From the IMG/VR virus record IMGVR_UViG_3300043742_000003, positions 1 to 44,882 of that record: DNA of 44,882 bases; one strand, written 5' to 3'. How positions within the stretch are numbered: the first letter of the stretch is position 1; every line of letters starts with the position of its first letter. The translations under genes were made by a program, and so were the position numbers. Source of the DNA: a virus. The notes beneath the pieces were generated by a model that saw only the letters and a list, made by a program, of their open reading frames with translations, was not told the origin of the DNA and did not search any database. This document shows positions 40,545 through 44,882 of this stretch, one piece after another.

Positions 40545-40737
40545 ACAGTGTCCCTCTGTCCCTTGTCCCCGCCTTTAGCAGGGACAAAATCCTTCTAACG
40601 CGCTGATAACACTACTTTGTCCCTGCTTGTCCCTCACCTAGAGGGACAGTCCCTCCGGTAGCGTGTCCCTTGTCCCCCAACCCTTATATAAGGGTTTGGG
40701 GGGACACAAGAGTAGGGAACACGCTAGGCCAGGGACG
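40531..40737. promoter_or_regulatory. Iteron array with an AT-rich palindrome: candidate origin of replication or multi-site protein-binding locus
   Basis: Perfect TGTCCC at 40531, 40549, 40557, 40564, 40618, 40628, 40664 and 40671. Perfect GGGACA at 40581, 40643 and 40701. Variants at 40648, 40715 and 40732. CCCTTATATAAGGG is a perfect 14-bp palindrome (40681-40694) with extended imperfect arms (AGCGTGTCCCTTGTCCCCCAA.../...TTTGGGGGGACACAAGAGTAGGGAACACGCT). Confidence 0.6.
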
Positions 40738-40749
40738 GAACTTACCGCC

Positions 40750-40869
40750 TTAACGCAAGGCGTTAAGTACCAGCCAAAAGATGAACCCGCACAGCAGGCC
40801 CAGGCCCGTCCCGATGACGAGCCCTGAGCCTGGGGGAAAGCGATCGCTGCGCCCTACACTTTTCGCCAC
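40750..40869 (-). CDS. Possible 39-aa hydrophobic micro-protein
   Basis: GTG at 40869 overlaps the primase-helicase 3' end. Sequence VAKSVGRSDRFPPGSGLVIGTGLGLLCGFIFWLVLNALR*. Its stop lies inside the hairpin CTTAACGC-aag-GCGTTAAG (40749-40767). Speculative. Confidence 0.25.
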   Translation of the reverse strand: MAKSVGRSDRFPPGSGLVIGTGLGLLCGFIFWLVLNALR

Positions 40870-42554
40870 TTGCCGGCCTCTTCGTCCTTCGTCCAACCGA
40901 TCTCTTGAGCAAGCTCGTTGACGCGGTTCTTGCTCATCTTCATCTGGAACGCGATCGAGCGATAGCTAGCGTTCGGATTTTCCGTGAGGAATTTCTCGAG
41001 TTCAATCGCCTGCGCGTGATGTCCTGCACCTTCGTCGCCATGATTGACGTACTCGCCGTCGACCAGATTGAGCAGCTGCGCGGCCGGCAGGCCTGGTACG
41101 CGCGTGCGGATCTCGAGCTTGCGCTCGGTCGAGCTCGTGGGCACACGCACCAGATGTAGAATGTTGTCGACGATGCCCGACAGCTGAATCGAGCTTCTGC
41201 CGCTCACGCCGATCTCACCGCCGCTCTTCCTGTCGTGGCGCGTGATGCCGAGGCCCATGTTGTAGCGCGTTGCGAGTGACACCGTGGCATTGCCGGCGGT
41301 GTTTACTTCCGAGGCGTCGTTCTCGTCCTCGAGGCGCGCGACCGAATGAAAGGTGTCGACCAGCAGCGCGTTGTAGCCATGGTCCTTGATGACGTTCTTC
41401 TCGAGTTGCTCGAGGAATTCCGCGTAAACCCAACGGGTCCAGTCCTCGCGCGTCACAATCCACAATTGATCGGGCGGCTCCTGGCCGGTGAATCCGATAT
41501 ACCGCATCTGCGTTGCGAGCGAGCCACGCGATTGTTCGCTCACGTAGATCACGCGCGCTGGCCTGGTCGGATATCCAAGGAAGTGTTTACCCTGAAGCGA
41601 GGCGAGAATTCCGCGGAGCCAGAATTCGGTCTTGCCCATCTTCGGCAGTGCGTCGAGGATTGTGGCGAATCCTGGGGCGAGCAGTGGCCATACGAGCCAG
41701 TCGACTTTCTGCTCCTGGGCGGTGAACAGTTCCGCAACGCTGCAGCCGATGCCGCCGCCGATCGGTGGCGTCCAGGCCACCGAGAACTGATCGAGATATT
41801 CGATGAACGCATCTTTACTGAACGGCCAGTCCGACACGTCTTTGACTTTCTCGGGAAGCTGGCAAATCGCCACATGCTTCGCGATGCCGTGCAGCGATGC
41901 GGCCACTTTGTGCGCATGCTCCAAACCAGGTTTGTCGTTGTCGGGAATGACGACTACAACTTTGCCGCGGAGAGATTCGGAGTACTCGTCCTTCCACTTG
42001 CCGGCGCCCATCGGATTGGTGGTCGCGATGCGCCCGAACTTCTCGCGCATGGTGATCACATCTTTTTCGCCCTCGACAACGTATACTGTCTCGGCTTCGA
42101 CGACCGCCGGCAGGTTGTAGAGCACGAGGCGCACGCCGTGAAGATTCCATTCCCATCCGCCGTTCACGGGCCGGCGCTGGCGAAACGTTTTCGGTTCCAT
42201 GCGCAGCGACTCGAACAGCATCACGCCGCGTTCGTCGAGGTACTCGTATTCGTCGATGATCTTCGGCGTGGGAATCTCAGCTAGTGGTTTCACTTTGTGG
42301 TGTCCGTTGCCCTTCTTCGACTCGAGAAACAGCTCGCGCTCTTCCATCTTGATCGAGGCGCAGATCTCCGCGATCGTGCAGCCGCCGTGGCACTTCAAGA
42401 GCACGCGATCATGCGTGGCTCGCGCGCTGAAACTTTTGTTGCGATCTCCGTGCTTGTGAGCGAGGTGGTTCGGACAAGAAGCGGTGAATTCTTCGGACCC
42501 TTTCCATCTCACGCGCTGACAACGATCAGCAATGACTGCGAGTAAAGCTTTCAT
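40854..42554 (-). CDS. Bifunctional DNA primase / replicative helicase (566 aa)
   Basis: True start is ATG at 42554 (GAGGAGGGGG SD). Zinc finger CPNHLAHKHGD...LLKCHGGC. TOPRIM VYVVEGEKDVITM...VVVVIPDNDKPGLEHAHKV. RecA-like helicase domain with Walker A LDALPKMGKTEF and ..VIYVSEQS...GITRHDRKSGG. Confidence 0.9.
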   Translation of the reverse strand: MKALLAVIADRCQRVRWKGSEEFTASCPNHLAHKHGDRNKSFSARATHDRVLLKCHGGCTIAEICASIKMEERELFLESKKGNGHHKVKPLAEIPTPKIIDEYEYLDERGVMLFESLRMEPKTFRQRRPVNGGWEWNLHGVRLVLYNLPAVVEAETVYVVEGEKDVITMREKFGRIATTNPMGAGKWKDEYSESLRGKVVVVIPDNDKPGLEHAHKVAASLHGIAKHVAICQLPEKVKDVSDWPFSKDAFIEYLDQFSVAWTPPIGGGIGCSVAELFTAQEQKVDWLVWPLLAPGFATILDALPKMGKTEFWLRGILASLQGKHFLGYPTRPARVIYVSEQSRGSLATQMRYIGFTGQEPPDQLWIVTREDWTRWVYAEFLEQLEKNVIKDHGYNALLVDTFHSVARLEDENDASEVNTAGNATVSLATRYNMGLGITRHDRKSGGEIGVSGRSSIQLSGIVDNILHLVRVPTSSTERKLEIRTRVPGLPAAQLLNLVDGEYVNHGDEGAGHHAQAIELEKFLTENPNASYRSIAFQMKMSKNRVNELAQEIGWTKDEEAGKWRKV

Positions 42555-42730
42555 ATTCCCCCTCCTCACTGGGGGTATTGCAGGAGGCGGCGGTGAGGCG
42601 CCGCCCCCGGTAGCCGCGGTGTCCAACGCGGCGTTTTCCTTATGCCGAGATGCGTCAAAATCGGCAAAGGAAAGTCTAGGTCATGGGTTGCTCACGTGCC
42701 ACCAGCGGAGGCGTGATTTTCCACACAAAT

Positions 42731-42937
42731 TCACGGTTTTTCCTCAGCTGGCTTTTTCGGTTCTTCTGCGTGGATTGAGGCGCCGGCGTGCTCGAGCACC
42801 ATCATTGCAAAGTGTATCGCATGCTCGCGCGGCAGGATGATGAAGTTCAGCATGCGATCGAACTGGATCCGCACCTGAGTTGGGTTTGACGTGATGCCGA
42901 TATTGATGCGCTCGGCACCTGGGGGAATCACTTCCAT
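42731..42937 (-). CDS. Hypothetical small protein (68 aa)
   Basis: Track ORF with a TGATG overlap to the upstream gene. Confidence 0.55.
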   Translation of the reverse strand: MEVIPPGAERINIGITSNPTQVRIQFDRMLNFIILPREHAIHFAMMVLEHAGASIHAEEPKKPAEEKP

Positions 42938-43125
42938 CAGTCCTCCAATGGCATGCGCTCGCTGATCGATGCGAGCTTGTCGCGTATGTCCACGAGCACG
43001 ATAGCGATCTCGAGCAGCGTGCGTGTTTGCCCGATCGCAATGTGATGCGGGACGTCCGCGGTTTCTTCAGTGAGTTTGCTCTCGAGCAGATCGATCCTGT
43101 CCGAGATGTCCACCAGGTCCATCAT
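42937..43125 (-). CDS. Hypothetical small protein (62 aa)
   Basis: The internal ATGATG at 43125 overlaps the upstream TGA as ATGA. The Arg-rich N-terminal part of track ORF 42937..43293 is a frame shadow. Confidence 0.55.
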   Translation of the reverse strand: MMDLVDISDRIDLLESKLTEETADVPHHIAIGQTRTLLEIAIVLVDIRDKLASISERMPLED

Positions 43126-43844
43126 GCCGGCACCGCGCGCGAATGTTCCTTCACCTCGTTCTCGACGGTGATGCCGCCGATCATCTCGACTGCCGCGGGA
43201 CCGAGCTTGGCCACGAGCGGTCGGATGATTGAGTCGTCGGGCGAGCAGTACTCGCGTTTTACCGCGGCGGGATTGACGATTTTGTGGACCCACCGCTCCT
43301 TGATGTACATGCCTTCCTGCTGTGGCACAGCCGGCTCAGAGTGAATGACCGGCAGCGGCGCGGAGTTAGCCGATTCGCGAAATGCCTCCGCGGCCTCGGT
43401 GTCGCCGGCGCGCTGCGCAATCTTGGCCGCGAGCCGGAGCTCCTCCTTGGCCTTCTTCTGCAGACGCTCGGCTTCCGCGCGATCGCGCTCGGCCCGTTCC
43501 TCTTCCTGCTTCTGGCGCCAGCGCATGCGCAGCGCAAGTAGCCTGTCTTTGTGTTCAGCGAGCGGATCGAGCTTGCGCTCTCTGAACGCCACGGCTTTTT
43601 TGTGCAGCGCATACATCGCTTTCACGAACGGCTCGGACACCGCTTCGATCCATTTCGTCGCCTCATCGAGGCGAGGGATCAAAGCGCCAGCCGCAATGAA
43701 GTGATCCTCGGAGGTGACCGACTTGATCGCCTCGCACTGCTTCAGCAGCGGCGCGCAGCGTTTGTCGATCGTGTCCTCCTTCGGAACCACCGGCAAGTGC
43801 CACTCAACCTTCTCGATTGCATCTTTCTTTTTCTTCGGACTCAT
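43122..43844 (-). CDS. Coiled-coil protein (240 aa), possibly a Gam/Gp157-type nuclease-inhibitor or recombination accessory protein
   Basis: The internal ATG at 43844 overlaps the exonuclease TGA as ATGA. The central region is charged and helical (RMRWRQKQEEERAERDRAEAERLQKKAKEE). It lies between the exonuclease and replication genes. The functional guess is weak. Confidence 0.35.
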   Translation of the reverse strand: MSPKKKKDAIEKVEWHLPVVPKEDTIDKRCAPLLKQCEAIKSVTSEDHFIAAGALIPRLDEATKWIEAVSEPFVKAMYALHKKAVAFRERKLDPLAEHKDRLLALRMRWRQKQEEERAERDRAEAERLQKKAKEELRLAAKIAQRAGDTEAAEAFRESANSAPLPVIHSEPAVPQQEGMYIKERWVHKIVNPAAVKREYCSPDDSIIRPLVAKLGPAAVEMIGGITVENEVKEHSRAVPA

Positions 43845-44491
43845 GTCTTCTCCTTGTAGACATTTTTGAACTGCTTCTTCCACACGCTCACGTACAGCAG
43901 CGACGAGAACACGTAGAAGTCGGACCTTTCTTTGAACGGTTCCATGTGCGGCATCTTGCCTGGGCGCAGCTGCAGCGCGATCCTCTTTCGCGATGCGAAG
44001 CGTGCGAGCGGTGCGCTCCAGCGTGGATGCGGAAGGCCGAGGGCATAGCCCGCGAGTTGGATGCCGTGATGCGGATAGATCTCACCGATCTTGTACTCGA
44101 TCACGGTGTCCTCGCCATCCAGATCGCCAGAGCAGTCGATCTGCATCCCGAAAGTCATGCCGTTCAATTCTGCGACCGCCTGGTACTCAGACAATCGCGG
44201 CGTGAATTTCTTCGCGAGTTTGAACTCGATCCAGCTGTCGAGGTAGGGCTTCACCTCGGAATCACAGCTGCCGAGTTTGCCGATGTTGTGCAGGTGGCAG
44301 GCCTTGTGGACCTCGCGGCCGAGCTCCGACTTACGCTCGAGAATGTCCGCGTCGGCCAGTGCGAAAGGCACCAGGCCTCCGGTTGCGAGCACGCTTGTGC
44401 AGTTCGGCACAACGTTCGGGCCGACTCTGTACTCGTGCTTTGCTGCGTCGAAAGAGAATGCAGTCCCTCGAAACATTGTGGGAAGGCTCAC
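43841..44491 (-). CDS. PD-(D/E)XK (RecB/Cas4-like) exonuclease (about 216 aa)
   Basis: Motifs in order: FSFDAAKHEYRV..VPNCTSVL; GREVHKACH; D..GMQIDCSGDL...TVIEYKIG (D...D/ExK); HHGIQLAGYA (QxxxY). The likely start is GTG at 44491 (GTGA overlap, GGAGA SD). ATG 44476 is an alternative. The track start at 44578 is TTG inside the upstream gene. Confidence 0.7.
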   Translation of the reverse strand: MSLPTMFRGTAFSFDAAKHEYRVGPNVVPNCTSVLATGGLVPFALADADILERKSELGREVHKACHLHNIGKLGSCDSEVKPYLDSWIEFKLAKKFTPRLSEYQAVAELNGMTFGMQIDCSGDLDGEDTVIEYKIGEIYPHHGIQLAGYALGLPHPRWSAPLARFASRKRIALQLRPGKMPHMEPFKERSDFYVFSSLLYVSVWKKQFKNVYKEKT

Positions 44492-44694
44492 TTCGTCTCC
44501 GTCTCCTCCTTGAGTTTGAATTTCAAGAGTTGTCGCTTGAGCGCATCTTCGCGAGTCGAGCCAACACATGCGGGACAATCGCAGTGAACTCGTGGAAGAT
44601 CCGCTCGGTGTCCGCAGTATGAACAGAACACCGAGCAGCCGGCGTGCAGTTCGTTAATGGCGTGACACCAGCTGCAACTCTGAGCTCGCGTCAT
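44488..44694 (-). CDS. Cys-rich zinc-ribbon small protein (68 aa)
   Basis: MTRAQSCSWCHAINELHAGCSVFCSYCGHRADLPRVHCDCPAC.. ATGA-coupled to the junction-spanning gene. Confidence 0.6.
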   Translation of the reverse strand: MTRAQSCSWCHAINELHAGCSVFCSYCGHRADLPRVHCDCPACVGSTREDALKRQLLKFKLKEETETK

Positions 44695-44882
44695 CGCTTT
44701 TCCGGTTTCTTCTTCATCGCCGCGATGATCTCAGGATATTGCGAGCGGCGAATCTCGCGGATGCCTGAGATTTTGTAGTGAGCCTTCAAGTATGCGACCA
44801 CCTGCTCGGGCACTTGCCACTCGTGCTGGATCGCCTGGTTGTAGACTTCCGTTTGCTCGTGGGTGCCGATTACAGGATCGTC
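44691..44882 (-). CDS. C-terminal 63 codons of the junction-spanning recombination-type protein (same gene as 1..1018)
   Basis: Minus-strand translation reads ...DDPVIGTHEQTEVYNQAIQHEWQVPEQVVAYLKAHYKISGIREIRRSQYPEIIAAMKKKPEKR*. The TGA stop (44691-44693) overlaps the ATG of the next gene as ATGA. Confidence 0.7.
   Translation of the reverse strand, partial: DDPVIGTHEQTEVYNQAIQHEWQVPEQVVAYLKAHYKISGIREIRRSQYPEIIAAMKKKPEKR
44756..44882. repeat. Terminal direct repeat, copy 2 (identical to 1..127)
   Basis: Exact 127-nt match to the window start, checked base by base. Confidence 0.95.

Noticed and set aside
40531-40737. Could the TGTCCC repeat cluster be a CRISPR array or mini-array?
   Set aside because: The repeat unit is only 6-8 nt, spacing is irregular (7-54 bp), and the orientation is mixed. 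There are no 25-40-nt repeats and no regular spacers. It fits iterons or binding sites instead.
1-44882. Prophage or temperate element with attachment sites, considering the terminal repeat as att
   Set aside because: No integrase, excisionase, CI-like repressor or flanking host genes are present. The repeat lies inside a coding frame that is continuous across the junction, which fits circular closure rather than attL/attR.

Overview
This window is a complete, visibly GC-rich tailed-phage genome, not a chromosomal segment. Bases 1-127 are repeated exactly at 44756-44882, so the contig closes into a 44,755-bp circle (or is terminally redundant). A minus-strand recombinase-like gene reads straight through that junction.

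Nearly all coding capacity is on the minus strand, in one tightly packed series with frequent ATGA/GTGA/TGATG start-stop overlaps:
- Recombination/replication module (44.7 -> 38.4 kb): SSAP-like protein, PD-(D/E)XK exonuclease, primase-helicase and many small Cys-rich proteins.
- Late module (38.2 -> 4.3 kb): small and large terminase, a SleB-type endolysin cluster, portal, scaffold, major capsid, a GroES homologue, adaptor-like proteins and a tail fibre. It ends with a 2,374-aa giant fibre/adhesin-like protein and three large Pro/Gln-rich putative ejection proteins, the last carrying an HExxH metallopeptidase motif.

The only substantial plus-strand block is a 2.3-kb cassette of nine or ten overlapping small ORFs (1350-3629: SWIM zinc finger, zinc ribbons, HicB-like fold). 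It ends in a clean intrinsic terminator.

I recognised no tape measure, tail tube, sheath, integrase, repressor, DNA polymerase, tRNA, rRNA or CRISPR array. The virion is therefore probably podovirus-like and the phage probably lytic. Most ORFs have no function I can assign from sequence alone.

Notable non-coding signals:
- An iteron-dense, origin-like region at 40.53-40.74 kb: 11 perfect TGTCCC/GGGACA hexamers in about 210 bp around a TTATATAA-centred palindrome.
- A palindrome and stem-loop hub at 38.25-38.36 kb.
- A three-way-junction RNA-like element at 22.2-22.3 kb.
- Operator-like TCACAG palindromes in the divergent control region at 1.23-1.30 kb.

All functional calls rest on motif recognition by eye. 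No database search or folding program was available.
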